Shown here piece after piece: positions 50,045 through 60,143 of a stretch of 64,000 nt of DNA (within the stretch, counting starts at the first letter, position 1; each line of letters starts with the position of its first letter). The translations under genes were made by a program, and so were the position numbers. Origin of the DNA: Spirochaetia bacterium (GTDB lineage: Bacteria; Spirochaetota; Spirochaetia; CADAEX01). Where the stretch lies: contig OY764868.1 in the NCBI GenBank assembly GCA_963668545.1, positions 3,234,015 to 3,298,014 of the forward strand, in the 5' to 3' direction. The notes under the pieces were generated by a model, which had not been told where the DNA came from, searched no databases, and saw only the letters and a program-made list of their open reading frames with translations.

Positions 50045-50478
50045 TTTTCGGAAATGGCTCTGACATACAACTTCATTCATTATTCACGAAAATCTGTCTC
50101 AGCCTTTTTTCATGGTTTTGTGTCTCTTTCACAGGTTTCAACTGCATTTTTTCAGTTCTGCTTTTACAACTTCTTGCTTTGATTTTTCATGACTCTTATT
50201 GGTTTAAGTTTCTATATTTTGCAGTTTTCACACTTTTTAAGTTTTGTTATCTATAAGCACAAAGGGCTGAGTCAGATTTTGTCCTGACCTACACTCGTTC
50301 GTTTCCTTCACGCCACATCCGAAAACAGCGTATATCCGGCTCCGGCTTGCGGGGTGTATTTCCAGGGTAAAGCGTCCTTCGCCAAAAATGCCAGGACTTT
50401 TTGTGTTGCAGAGTAAATGCAGCAGGTGTATCATTATTCAAAATAGAGCGGCTGGCATCTTCGGATATACGCGTGCCG
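50045..50478 (+). repeat. ORF-less repeated cassette, copy b
   Basis: Same unit; attC arms gaAAAC-agcgtatatccg ... cggatatacgcgtgcc-GTTTTcg. Confidence 0.6.
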
Positions 50479-50913
50479 TTTTCGGAAATGGCGCTGACAT
50501 ACAACTTCATTCATTATTCACGAAAATCTGTCTCAGCCTTTTTTCCTTGGTTTTGTGTCTCTTTCATCGGTTTCAACTGCACTTTTTCAGTTCTGCTTTA
50601 AGAACTTAATTCTTTGATTTTTCATGACTCTTATTGGTATAAGTTTTTATATTTTTGCAGTTTCACTTCTCTTCAGTTCCGATATTGATAAGCACAAAGG
50701 GCTGAGTCAGATTTTGTCCTGACCTACTCTCTTTCGTTTTCTTCACGCCACTTCCGAAAACAGCGTATATCCGGCTCCGGCTTGCGGGGTGTATTTCCAA
50801 GGTAAAGCGTCCTTCGCCAAAAATGCCAGGACTTTTTGTGTTGCAGAGTAAATGCAGCAGGTGTATCATTAATCAAAATAAAGCGGCTGACATCTTCGGA
50901 TATACGCGTGCCG
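50479..50913 (+). repeat. ORF-less repeated cassette, copy c (identical to copy f)
   Basis: The 435-nt unit is identical base-for-base to 59612-60046. Identity starts and stops at the GTT cores. Confidence 0.65.
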
Positions 50914-50937
50914 TTATTCGTAATTTTCAGGCAAGAT

Positions 50938-50967
50938 ATTGCCCGGACCTCCCGGACGACACGGGCA
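50938..50967 (+). promoter_or_regulatory. conserved GC-rich hairpin module at 5' end of cassette (variant GCCCGGacctcccggacgacaCGGGC)
   Basis: About 25 nt downstream of the GTT core. Related modules at 53804, 56800, 58078, 60077 and 63524. Confidence 0.45.
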
Positions 50968-51004
50968 AAAGATTTAAAAAATATTTATTTTGCAGGAGAA
51001 AAAA

Positions 51005-51787
51005 ATGTTTTATGAGGAAATAAATAAAAGAACATGGAATGCAGCTAAACAATATTTAATAAATTTGTGTAAAGAAAGTTCGCATTGGATTTTTAGAGGT
51101 CAGTCAAATCCGGATTGGGAAGTAACTTCAACAATAGAAAGAGAATTAAGATATAGTGACCAAGAAAATTCTTCGATAGAAAATAAATTAATATCCGAAT
51201 TCAAAAGGGCTGCTCCCAATTATTTAAATCAAAACCAGATTCCTGCAAAACTGGTTGAATGGATGGCCTTAATGCAACATTACGGAGCTCCAACTCGTTT
51301 AGTTGATTTTACTAAATCTCCATATATTGCAACATTCTTTGCTTTTGAAAATATCTTTGAAAATTACAAATATGTTACAGTATGGGCAGTAGAAAGCTAC
51401 AAATTGAAGCAATTAGCTAATGAAGTGTATATAGATGATGATGTTCCCCAATTAATGAAAAATAATAAATATTTGGTATATCCTATTGAACCTTTTATAA
51501 TGAATGAAAGATTCGAAAAACAACAAGGGACATTTTTAATTACAGGAAACATTAATCAATCACTAGCTACAAATTTTATCGAAATGGGCTTATTAGAAGA
51601 TATGGGAATTATTAAAAAAATTAATATTCCAAAAATAGAAAAAAATAGTGTTATTCAAGACTTAAATTTAATGAATATCAATCCTGTAACTCTTTTTCCT
51701 GGTTTAGATGGATATTCGCGATACATAAAAAAAATGACAGATGCAATTTATAAAAAAGATTTTACTTATTTTAAAAGAGGAAATTAA
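51005..51787 (+). CDS. cassette: FRG-domain protein
   Basis: HWIFRGQSNPDWEV motif (FRG). ATG at 51005 with a GGAG RBS (the ORF track's TTG at 50990 is inside the conserved hairpin module). Confidence 0.65.
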   Translation: MFYEEINKRTWNAAKQYLINLCKESSHWIFRGQSNPDWEVTSTIERELRYSDQENSSIENKLISEFKRAAPNYLNQNQIPAKLVEWMALMQHYGAPTRLVDFTKSPYIATFFAFENIFENYKYVTVWAVESYKLKQLANEVYIDDDVPQLMKNNKYLVYPIEPFIMNERFEKQQGTFLITGNINQSLATNFIEMGLLEDMGIIKKINIPKIEKNSVIQDLNLMNINPVTLFPGLDGYSRYIKKMTDAIYKKDFTYFKRGN

Positions 51788-51859
51788 AATATTGCGACAA
51801 GTTATAAACAATTCAGAACTGGCTCCGCCGGACGGTCTGAAGAAGAGCCTGAAAACTAC

Positions 51860-52028
51860 GCATAACAGAGAATACCCGGTTCAGGCATAAGTAGTAAAAG
51901 TATGGGGCTTAACTGCCGTTCACCCAAAATGTCGGGACTTTTGTTGTTGCGTGTGAAATCTGGTGGGTATATGATTAATGAAATATCTGGAGCATCCGAC
52001 ATCTTCGGGTATTCTCAGAACGTTATAA
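51860..52028 (+). repeat. attC site (long family 1) of FRG cassette
   Basis: cATAAC-agagaatacccg ... cgggtattctcag-aacGTTATAAG. Preceded by an imperfect CAGAAC...GGTCTG hairpin at 51817-51839. Confidence 0.6.
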
Positions 52029-52125
52029 GAAATTGCGCTAATTAAATCTAATATAGATATTATATTTACAATAATTACATATAAATATATTTGATATATA
52101 ATGGTTTAATAATAAAGGATGATAT

Positions 52126-52680
52126 ATGAAAAAAATTATAATAAGTTTGATATTTATAACAGTAGCTTTTTGTGCTTTTCCTCAAGAAGCGAATATGAGA
52201 TTTCAATCTCAAATAGCTAGATTATTTGCACTCTATATTCCAAGTGCCGATTACAGTGTTGATTGGAACGCTAATAATACTGGAGAAGTTCTCAATATAA
52301 AATTTCCTGAAGTGAAATCATCAACTTATAATAGAAATATAATACCTAATTTAACAATTCAAATTGAAAAGAAATACAAATCCTTTGATACAAAGAGTGA
52401 ATTGATAAGTTTGTTGAATGACATGGAAAAAAGTCATTTCAAAGCAATATCAACAGGTCAAAAAGTCGATGGAGTCAATTTACAATACTCTATTGAAACT
52501 TTTGTAGCCTGTCAAAGCTATAAAGATCTTAAGATAAACAATATGAACCATACAATTCTTATCATGCTTGGACAATATGAAGACATGGCTGCCAGAGTAA
52601 TATTTGATGCTACTGATGATATATTTGAAAACACTCTTGAAACTGCAAAAACCATAATAAATAGTATTATTCTTGATTAA
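52126..52680 (+). CDS. cassette: secreted hypothetical protein (signal peptide)
   Basis: MKKIIISLIFITVAFCAF signal peptide. AT-rich cassette with its own AT-rich 5' region. Confidence 0.55.
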   Translation: MKKIIISLIFITVAFCAFPQEANMRFQSQIARLFALYIPSADYSVDWNANNTGEVLNIKFPEVKSSTYNRNIIPNLTIQIEKKYKSFDTKSELISLLNDMEKSHFKAISTGQKVDGVNLQYSIETFVACQSYKDLKINNMNHTILIMLGQYEDMAARVIFDATDDIFENTLETAKTIINSIILD

Positions 52681-52745
52681 AGAATATATCAAAGTAAAAC
52701 TATGAGAAGTTTAAATAATGTTGTTAGTGAAGGTAGGCGCAACTA

Positions 52746-52910
52746 CTTATAACAAGAAATATATGATAAAAACTGAATTAGAATAAATATAAGCAAACAG
52801 TTTTTATCAAAATTGCCAGAATATTTTCTGTTTCAGGATAATTTCAGAAGGTGTATGATTATTTCATATGAAGCACTCTGGCAACTTCATATATTTCTGA
52901 AACGTTTTCG
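52746..52910 (+). repeat. attC site (family 2)
   Basis: cTTATAAC-aagaaatatatg ... tgccag...ctggca ... catatatttct-gaaacGTTTTCG. Confidence 0.6.
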
Positions 52911-53339
52911 GAAATGGCTCTGACTCACAACTTCATTCATTATTCACAAAAATCTGTCTCAGCCTTTTTTCCATGGTTTTGTGTCTCATTTCTCGGTTTC
53001 AACTGCACTTTTTCAGTTCTGCTTTTACAACTTCTTGCTTAGATTTTTCATGACTCTTATTGGTATAAGTTTTTATATTTTTGCAGTTTCACTTCTCACC
53101 AGTTTTGATATTGATAAGCACTAAGGGCTGAGTCAGATTTTGTCCTGACTTACACTCTTTCGTTTTCTTCACGCCACATCCGAAAACAGCGTATATCCGG
53201 CTCCGGCTTGTGGGATGTATTTTCAGGGTAAAACGTCCTTCGCCAAAAATGCCAGGACTTTTTGTGTTGCAGAGTAAATGCAGCAGGTGTATCATTAATC
53301 AAAATAAAGCGGCTGGCATCTTCGGATATACGCGTGCCG
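52905..53339 (+). repeat. ORF-less repeated cassette, copy d
   Basis: Same 434/435-nt unit as copies a-c. Confidence 0.6.
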
Positions 53340-53773
53340 TTTTCGGAAATGGCTCTGACATACAACTTCATTCATTATTCACGAAAATCTGTCTCAGCCT
53401 TTTTTCAAGGTTTTGTGTCTAATCCTTGGGTTTCAACTGCACTGGTTCAGTTCTGCTCTTATAACATTTTGCTTTGATTTTTCATGACGCTTATGGATAT
53501 AAGTTTTTATATTTTTGCAGTTTCACTTTTCTTCAGTTCTGATATCGATAAGCACAAAGGGCTGAGTCAGATTTTGTCCTGACCTACACTCTTTCGTTTC
53601 CTTCACGCCACATCCGAAAACAGCGTATATCCGGCTCCGGCTTGTGGGATGTATTTTCAGGGTAAAACGTCCTTCGCCAAAAATGCCAGGACTTTTTGTG
53701 TTGCAGAGTAAATACAGCAGGTGTATCATTAATCAAAATAAAGCGGCTGGCATCTTCGGATATACGCGTGCCG
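53340..53773 (+). repeat. ORF-less repeated cassette, copy e
   Basis: Same unit. Confidence 0.6.
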
Positions 53774-54072
53774 TTATAAGCAATGTTTCCGCTAAGAGGA
53801 GAACGCCCATACCTCCGCCGACGGGCGAAGATTTAAAATTTATGATAAATTCAAAATAAAATGAAAGTATCTATGTATTGAATGATACGAAAGAATATGT
53901 TTATCAGAAAGAACTAAAATGAAATCATAGATGGTAAAACTTGACTTTTTCGTGATTAATAGTGATAGTTTTGTGATATTTCTGATTTTATAATATTAAT
54001 CTATTGAACCAATAATATTGAATATATTCCTTGACAGAGATTTTTACTGTATCTATCATTATCTTAACAACT

Positions 54073-55020
54073 ATGGAATATAGAGACTATTATAAAATCC
54101 TTGGCCTATCCAAGGATGCAACAAAAGATGATATAAAAAAGGCATACCGCAAACTTGCGCGTAAGTATCATCCAGATATAAACCTCCATGATAAAAAAGC
54201 TACTACTATGTTTGCAGATATCAATGAAGCAAACGAAGTGTTAAGCAGCGACGAAAAACGCAGGAAATATGATGCTCTGGGTTCAGACTGGCAGCAGTAT
54301 CAAAGTACCGGCTCCCAGAGGGCCTCACAACCACAGGGATTCGATTGGACACAATACGGTAAAGGAGCAGGCACTCAATCGTATACAGTTACAGAGGACG
54401 ACTTGAACAATATGTTTGGAGAAGGCGGTTTTTCGGATTTTTTCCAAAGCTTTTTTTCGTCCAGCCAGGAAAGACCGGGCAGTTCGGCTAAAAATTACGC
54501 AAGAAAAGGGCAGGATTATCAGGCTGAATTATATCTCGAAATTGAAGAAGCCTATAAAAAAACTGTTAAGACACTCTCTATAAACAGACAAAATATCAAG
54601 ATCACCCTTGAACCTGGCGTCAGGGATAGCCAGGTCATTAGACTGAAGGGTAAGGGCGGCCTAGGAATTAATGGCGGAGCTAATGGTGATTTATTTATTA
54701 CCCTGAAAATAAAACCCCATCCTATCTATAAAAGGGAGGGAGATGATCTGATTATGGAACTTGGTGTGAGTGTTTACAAAGCCATGCTTGGCGGCGAACA
54801 AATTATTAAATTATTATCAGATTCAATAAAAGTGAAAATAGCTCCCGAGACCCAAAGAGGGACAACACTACGCATCAAAGGAAAAGGATTTCCTTTGTAC
54901 AGGATAAAAGATGAATTTGGAGATTTATATATAAAGCTGGTTCTGGATGTACCCAAAAAGCTGACTGTAAAAGAGAAGGAATTAATAATGGAACTGGCCA
55001 AAATTAGGGGAGAAATATAA
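54073..55020 (+). CDS. cbpA: cassette: curved-DNA-binding DnaJ-like co-chaperone CbpA (J domain + DnaJ C-terminal domains, no Zn finger)
   Basis: MEYRDYYKILGL...HPD J-domain at the N-terminus, Gly/Phe-rich linker and two DnaJ_C beta domains. ATG at 54073 (the ORF track's TTG at 54031 would add 14 aa). Confidence 0.8.
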   Translation: MEYRDYYKILGLSKDATKDDIKKAYRKLARKYHPDINLHDKKATTMFADINEANEVLSSDEKRRKYDALGSDWQQYQSTGSQRASQPQGFDWTQYGKGAGTQSYTVTEDDLNNMFGEGGFSDFFQSFFSSSQERPGSSAKNYARKGQDYQAELYLEIEEAYKKTVKTLSINRQNIKITLEPGVRDSQVIRLKGKGGLGINGGANGDLFITLKIKPHPIYKREGDDLIMELGVSVYKAMLGGEQIIKLLSDSIKVKIAPETQRGTTLRIKGKGFPLYRIKDEFGDLYIKLVLDVPKKLTVKEKELIMELAKIRGEI

Positions 55021-55022
55021 AC

Positions 55023-55379
55023 ATGACAAGTCAAATATATATCCCTATCCAGGACGTTTCCGATTTTTGTCACATTAATATTACTATACTAAGAGATTTT
55101 GCCGAATACGAACTCATCAATATTCAAGAGTATAAAAATACCGAATGTGTGAAGGCTGATGATCTTGAACATATCAAGCGGATTATAGATTTATACAAGA
55201 GTCTTGGAGTGAATAAGGAAGGCATAGAGGTAATCCTGAAAATGCGCGACCAAATCCTGGAATTACAGGACGAAATTACTATACTTAAACATAAACTCGA
55301 GCACCGTAGAAACGACGTCAAATTTCGCTTTATAGAATTACCCAAGCAAAAGGGTTTATTGATTGATTATGATGAATAA
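55023..55379 (+). CDS. cbpM: cassette: chaperone modulatory protein CbpM (MerR-like)
   Basis: 118 aa, begins 3 nt after the cbpA stop. MerR-like fold; this is the canonical cbpA-cbpM pairing. Confidence 0.65.
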   Translation: MTSQIYIPIQDVSDFCHINITILRDFAEYELINIQEYKNTECVKADDLEHIKRIIDLYKSLGVNKEGIEVILKMRDQILELQDEITILKHKLEHRRNDVKFRFIELPKQKGLLIDYDE

Positions 55380-55692
55380 TCATTTTCAATAAGGATTATA
55401 AATTTATCACAACAATAACTGCCTTATTTAAAAACTAAGTGATATTGGAGTTTGTCAAAGAATTAATGTTTCTTAGGGAACAAATTGGTATTTAAAGTTT
55501 CAGATTTTTAGATTACAACCATTGCTCAAACCACAACTATGCTTTCCTGTTTTTAGTTTTCTCAGAAGCTCCAGATTAATCGTGGTATAGATCGAGGTAT
55601 AGTCAAAAACATCATAAGAAATAATCAAGTCTGATGATGTAATATAAAACAATGAGCAAATTTGTATAACATACAGTATGGAAGAGAAGGGA

Positions 55693-55833
55693 CCAGACCT
55701 TGACTCCTCCGAGCGGTCTGGTCGAAGAGGCGGAAACACTGCTTATAACAGCGGCTATATGCTTCGCCCTTTCGGGCTCGGCCTACGGCACATTTGGCTG
55801 CGCCAAACGTCATATAACCGCAAAACGTTAGCC
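55693..55833 (+). repeat. CCAGACC hairpin + short attC (family 3) ending GTTAGCC
   Basis: CCAGACCttgactcctccgagcGGTCTGG, then cTTATAAC-agcggctatatg ... catataaccgc-aaaacGTTAGCC (canonical GTTRRRY). Confidence 0.6.
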
Positions 55834-55913
55834 ATAATGCTCGGCTTGCCTTTTTGACTCGCCATCCATAGCTCGATTTGTAAGTAATATTAAAAGTAGG
55901 GAGATATAGTTCA

Positions 55914-56558
55914 ATGAACCTTTATAAGCACAAAAAAATCTTTTTATCAATTTTTCTATCTGCAATATTTTGTTTTAATTCATTATCGTTAGTAGCTGAT
56001 GATTATTCACCTGAAATCCAAAAATATATGGATGATTTGTTAAAGTGGAGAAAGGAGGTTGCATTACCACCACTACCGAAATTAATAACTTTACCATCAG
56101 GAATTACTATTCCAGAATTCACATTGAAGACAGAGAAATACCCTGAAGTTTTTTGGGATGGAAATATGATGATTGGCGCAACTCCTTTTATTGTGCGAGT
56201 TTTAACTGAAAATGAGACAGAAATACTCATAAAAATTGCTTCAGATGCACTTACACAACACTATAACTCAAGATCAAAGAAATCCGATATGGGTTTTGAA
56301 AAAGCACATATAAATGATTTCTATGCTTTATCAATAGCTGAAGTATATAGACATTCTGGGTTATTCGGACCAACCATTGATGGAAGCACAACATTTGTAT
56401 TAATTATGAAAAAAGATGTAAATCCATCAAACCTTTTTCCAAATGAAAAGCTATATAAAAACTACATACCTTGGGCGCCTAGCGGCATACATTTCTTAGT
56501 AATTGAGCGATTTTCTGATGGTTCTTTTAAAGTCAATAACGAAGGAGCCGCCGGATAA
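55914..56558 (+). CDS. cassette: secreted hypothetical protein
   Basis: Signal peptide MNLYKHKKIFLSIFLSAIFCFNSLSLVA. Confidence 0.55.
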   Translation: MNLYKHKKIFLSIFLSAIFCFNSLSLVADDYSPEIQKYMDDLLKWRKEVALPPLPKLITLPSGITIPEFTLKTEKYPEVFWDGNMMIGATPFIVRVLTENETEILIKIASDALTQHYNSRSKKSDMGFEKAHINDFYALSIAEVYRHSGLFGPTIDGSTTFVLIMKKDVNPSNLFPNEKLYKNYIPWAPSGIHFLVIERFSDGSFKVNNEGAAG

Positions 56559-56611
56559 AAAAGTACATCCATATACTTTGTATATTTAGATAGAGGATAG
56601 CCGAGCACAAC

Positions 56612-56775
56612 GGCTAACAAGAAATATATTATTCAGGCTGGAGAAGTAAAAAAGAAAGTATACAGCCTTCATCCAAATTGCCAGAATGTTTTCTGTTGCA
56701 GAGTAATTTCAGCAGGTGTATGATTATTTCATATGAAGAAGTCTGGCAACTTCATATATTTCTGAAACGTTATCA
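56612..56775 (+). repeat. attC site (family 2)
   Basis: gCTAAC-aagaaatatatt ... catatatttct-gaaacGTTATCAG. Confidence 0.6.
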
Positions 56776-56799
56776 GAAATGTTCCCGCAAGAGGAAGAT

Positions 56800-56824
56800 C
56801 GCCCGGACCTCCGGCCGACGGGCG
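56800..56824 (+). promoter_or_regulatory. conserved GC hairpin module CGCCCGGacctccggccgaCGGGCG at cassette 5' end
   Basis: Identical or near-identical copies at 58078, 60077 and 63524; variants at 50938 and 53804. Confidence 0.45.
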
Positions 56825-56861
56825 AAGATAATTCAACAATAATGAAAAAGGAGATAATAAT

Positions 56862-57821
56862 TTGAAAAATGTATATTTAATAATACTATTATTGACAGTT
56901 AATACATTAGTTTCAGCAAATGACACATGGATTTATAACGCATATAGTGGTTCCCCAATAAAAATTAATGAGGATCATAATAAAATTGAATTAATCAATG
57001 AAACAATCACAGTTAAATTAGAAAAAGACTACTACTATATTGATGTTTTATTCAACTTTTACAATCATGGAAATGATGTAAATACAGTTATAGGTTTTCC
57101 TAAATTTTATTGGACCGGATTTCCATATGAAAAAGCAGATACTGAATTTATAGATTTTGAAACATTTGTTAATGGTAAAAAAGTTGATTCTAAAATTCAA
57201 AAAATACTAAAATATGATAAACTATCTGAATTTTTAACAAAAGAGGTATACATTCCTTCTAAGTCAAAAACAACAACTGAAATAAGATATAAGAGTAAAT
57301 ATGCAACCTATGGAGGAATGGGTCATAAATCTGTACCATATTTATATGGTACAGGTAAAACTTGGGCGAAAGAATCTTGGGATATAGATGTAAAAATAAT
57401 AAATAATAGCAACAAATGGATTAAGCGATTCCAATGTGATCAAAAAATCTATAAATTTTCAAATAAAAACAATGTTATTGATTTAATCTTTAAAGATGTG
57501 AATCCAAACGAATTTACAGAGTATTTTGAAATTGTATTAAAGAATAATTTTGATGAAATGTTTGATTTTTACTGGGATATTTATGGGGAAAAAAATATTA
57601 AACAAGATGAACTAACTTATTTAAATGATAATCAATTAAGACTTTATAGAAATGCATTCTTTGCAAAAGATGGTTATATTTTCAAATCAAAAGATTTGCA
57701 AAATTATTTTAAAAAATTTGATTGGTATAAAGAAAACAATGACTTTAATCCAGATGTTTTTTCAAATATAGAAAAAAATAATATTAAATTAATTTCAATA
57801 GAAGAAAAAAAACGTAAATAG
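56862..57821 (+). CDS. cassette: secreted YARHG-domain protein
   Basis: Signal peptide; C-terminal LRLYRNAFFAKDGYIFKSKDLQNYFKKFDWY matches the YARHG-domain pattern. Confidence 0.6.
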   Translation: MKNVYLIILLLTVNTLVSANDTWIYNAYSGSPIKINEDHNKIELINETITVKLEKDYYYIDVLFNFYNHGNDVNTVIGFPKFYWTGFPYEKADTEFIDFETFVNGKKVDSKIQKILKYDKLSEFLTKEVYIPSKSKTTTEIRYKSKYATYGGMGHKSVPYLYGTGKTWAKESWDIDVKIINNSNKWIKRFQCDQKIYKFSNKNNVIDLIFKDVNPNEFTEYFEIVLKNNFDEMFDFYWDIYGEKNIKQDELTYLNDNQLRLYRNAFFAKDGYIFKSKDLQNYFKKFDWYKENNDFNPDVFSNIEKNNIKLISIEEKKRK

Positions 57822-57837
57822 AATCTTTAAAAGAAAT

Positions 57838-58054
57838 CCAGACCTGGCTCCGCCGTACGGTCTGGAGAAGAGCGGGAACACATCTGATAACAGAGAATAC
57901 CACGGTTCAGGCATAAGTTGTAGAAGCTTTGGAATAAATGCCTTTCACCCAAAATGTCGGGTCTTTTTATTGTTGCGTGTGAAATCGGCCAGATATATGA
58001 TTTATTAAATATCTGGAGTACCCGACATCTTCGGGTATTCTCAGAACGTTATCG
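57838..58054 (+). repeat. CCAGACC hairpin + long attC (family 1)
   Basis: CCAGACCtggctccgccgtacGGTCTGG ... tGATAAC-agagaatacc ... cgggtattctcag-aacGTTATCG. Confidence 0.6.
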
Positions 58055-58165
58055 TAAATGCCCCCCAAGAGAAGATCGCCCGGACCTCCGGCCGACGGGC
58101 GATAAGATTATAATGATTATGAATTGAATTAGACTACAAAAAAGTAAAGAGGAGGATCTACAGAT

Positions 58166-59341
58166 ATGTCAGAGCAGTTCTCAAGAAGAAAAAAGGAAGA
58201 AAACCCCGTTATAGCGATTTGCTATGATTTTGATAAAACCCTTTCTCCTGACGATATGCAAGCTCAAGGATTTATACAGTCAGTTGGATATGATATAAAA
58301 ACTTTTTGGGAGAGATCAAATAAGCTTGCTACTGATAATGAAATGGATCAAAATCTAGCATATATGTATACAATGCTTCAAACATCAGTAGGGATGCAGT
58401 TAGTAACAAAAAAAGTGTTAAGGGAATATGGTGAAAAAGTTACTCTTTTCCCTGGAGTAGAAGATTGGTTCTCAAGAATAAGAGATTATGGCATTAAACG
58501 CGATGTTATAATTGAACATTATATAATTTCATCTGGTTTAAAAGAAATGATTGAAGGAACATCAGTTGCAAAAGAATTTGAAAAAATATATGCAAGTTCT
58601 TTTTATTTTGATGAATATGATATTGCAAAGTGGCCAGCTCAAGCAATAAATTATACAAATAAGACTCAGTTTTTATTCAGAATAGAAAAAGGTGTTTTGG
58701 ATATTAATGACCAAAGTGTAAATGATAGCTTTTCATCAGATAAAATTAGAGTGCCATTCAGAAATATAATTTATATTGGTGATAGTGACACTGATATCCC
58801 GTGTATGAAATTAGTTAATTCTTATGGGGGGCATTCAATAGGCGTATATAATGTTGAAACAAAGGATAAAACTAAAGTTTATAAAATGATGAGGGAAAAT
58901 AGAATTAAATATTTCTCTCCAGCTGATTATTCTGAAGATTCAGAATTGGACAAATTAATAAAAGCAATAATTGTAAGAACTGTTTCCAATGAGCAACTTG
59001 AAGTTTTTCATTCAAAAAATATTTTAGAACAAATTGATAATGACAAATCATATGATAAAAAGACTCAAGAACAAAATAAAGAAAGATTGAATGGTATTTT
59101 AGCACTTGAAAGCAGTCTTAGTTTTACGAATACTCATACCGTTATTGATAAGATTAAACATATTCAAGATTGGACAGATAAAGAAATAGAAATGTTATTA
59201 GAAATAGGAAATAAAAATAGTCAAGTATGGTATATATTAGGTGATTTAGACGTAAAGAATTTTTATAAAAGACTTATAGAATCACCAAATTGTAATAAAG
59301 AGACGGATAATGCAAAAGAAATTATAGAACAGATAGATTAA
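58166..59341 (+). CDS. cassette: HAD-like hydrolase with C-terminal extension
   Basis: CYDFDKTLSP (DxDxT motif I) and IYIGDSDTD (motif IV); 391 aa. Confidence 0.55.
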   Translation: MSEQFSRRKKEENPVIAICYDFDKTLSPDDMQAQGFIQSVGYDIKTFWERSNKLATDNEMDQNLAYMYTMLQTSVGMQLVTKKVLREYGEKVTLFPGVEDWFSRIRDYGIKRDVIIEHYIISSGLKEMIEGTSVAKEFEKIYASSFYFDEYDIAKWPAQAINYTNKTQFLFRIEKGVLDINDQSVNDSFSSDKIRVPFRNIIYIGDSDTDIPCMKLVNSYGGHSIGVYNVETKDKTKVYKMMRENRIKYFSPADYSEDSELDKLIKAIIVRTVSNEQLEVFHSKNILEQIDNDKSYDKKTQEQNKERLNGILALESSLSFTNTHTVIDKIKHIQDWTDKEIEMLLEIGNKNSQVWYILGDLDVKNFYKRLIESPNCNKETDNAKEIIEQID

Positions 59342-59399
59342 ACTAAGATTATCTAAAAATAATGTTATCTTGAAATATAATCGAGAGATAGATAAAAAG

Positions 59400-59617
59400 C
59401 CAGACCTTGACTCCGTCGTACGGCTTGGACAAGAGAGGGGGGCACATCCGATAACAGAGAATACCCGGTTCAGGCATAAGCAGTAAAAGTTTGGGGCTTA
59501 ACTGCCTTTCACCCAAAATGTCGGGCCTTTTTATGTTACAGGTGGAAACTGGTGGTTGTATGATTATTTTAATACGTGGAAGATCCGACATCTTCGGGTA
59601 TTCTCAGAACGTTTTCG
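59400..59617 (+). repeat. hairpin + long attC (family 1) ending GTTTTCG
   Basis: CCAGACCttgactccgtcgtacGGCTTGG ... cGATAAC-agagaatacccg ... cgggtattctcag-aacGTTTTCGG. Confidence 0.6.
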
Positions 59618-60046
59618 GAAATGGCGCTGACATACAACTTCATTCATTATTCACGAAAATCTGTCTCAGCCTTTTTTCCTTGGTTTTGTGTCTCTTTCAT
59701 CGGTTTCAACTGCACTTTTTCAGTTCTGCTTTAAGAACTTAATTCTTTGATTTTTCATGACTCTTATTGGTATAAGTTTTTATATTTTTGCAGTTTCACT
59801 TCTCTTCAGTTCCGATATTGATAAGCACAAAGGGCTGAGTCAGATTTTGTCCTGACCTACTCTCTTTCGTTTTCTTCACGCCACTTCCGAAAACAGCGTA
59901 TATCCGGCTCCGGCTTGCGGGGTGTATTTCCAAGGTAAAGCGTCCTTCGCCAAAAATGCCAGGACTTTTTGTGTTGCAGAGTAAATGCAGCAGGTGTATC
60001 ATTAATCAAAATAAAGCGGCTGACATCTTCGGATATACGCGTGCCG
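59612..60046 (+). repeat. ORF-less repeated cassette, copy f (identical to copy c)
   Basis: 435/435 identity to 50479-50913; the flanks differ on both sides. Confidence 0.65.
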
Positions 60047-60143
60047 TTATCAGCAATGTTCCCGCAAGAGAAAGATCGCCCGGACCTCCGGCCGACGGGC
60101 GAGGATTGTGAAAATAATTAGTTAAATTTCAAGGAAATTATTT

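Noticed and set aside
49794-60002. Recurrent 65-83-aa ORFs on both strands inside the 434-nt repeat units (for example MIHLLHLLCNTKSPGIFGEG..., MKLYVRAISENGTRISEDAS..., MPGLFVLQSKCSRCII...)
   Set aside because: They recur only because the DNA is repeated. Differences between copies are not synonymous-biased and include stops and altered ends. Several overlap the attC palindromes. They are treated as non-coding repeats.
49611-60046. Possible CRISPR array (regularly repeated units)
   Set aside because: The repeat units are about 434 nt, not 25-40 nt. There is no short direct repeat/spacer alternation and no cas genes. The structure is palindromic attC-like, not CRISPR.
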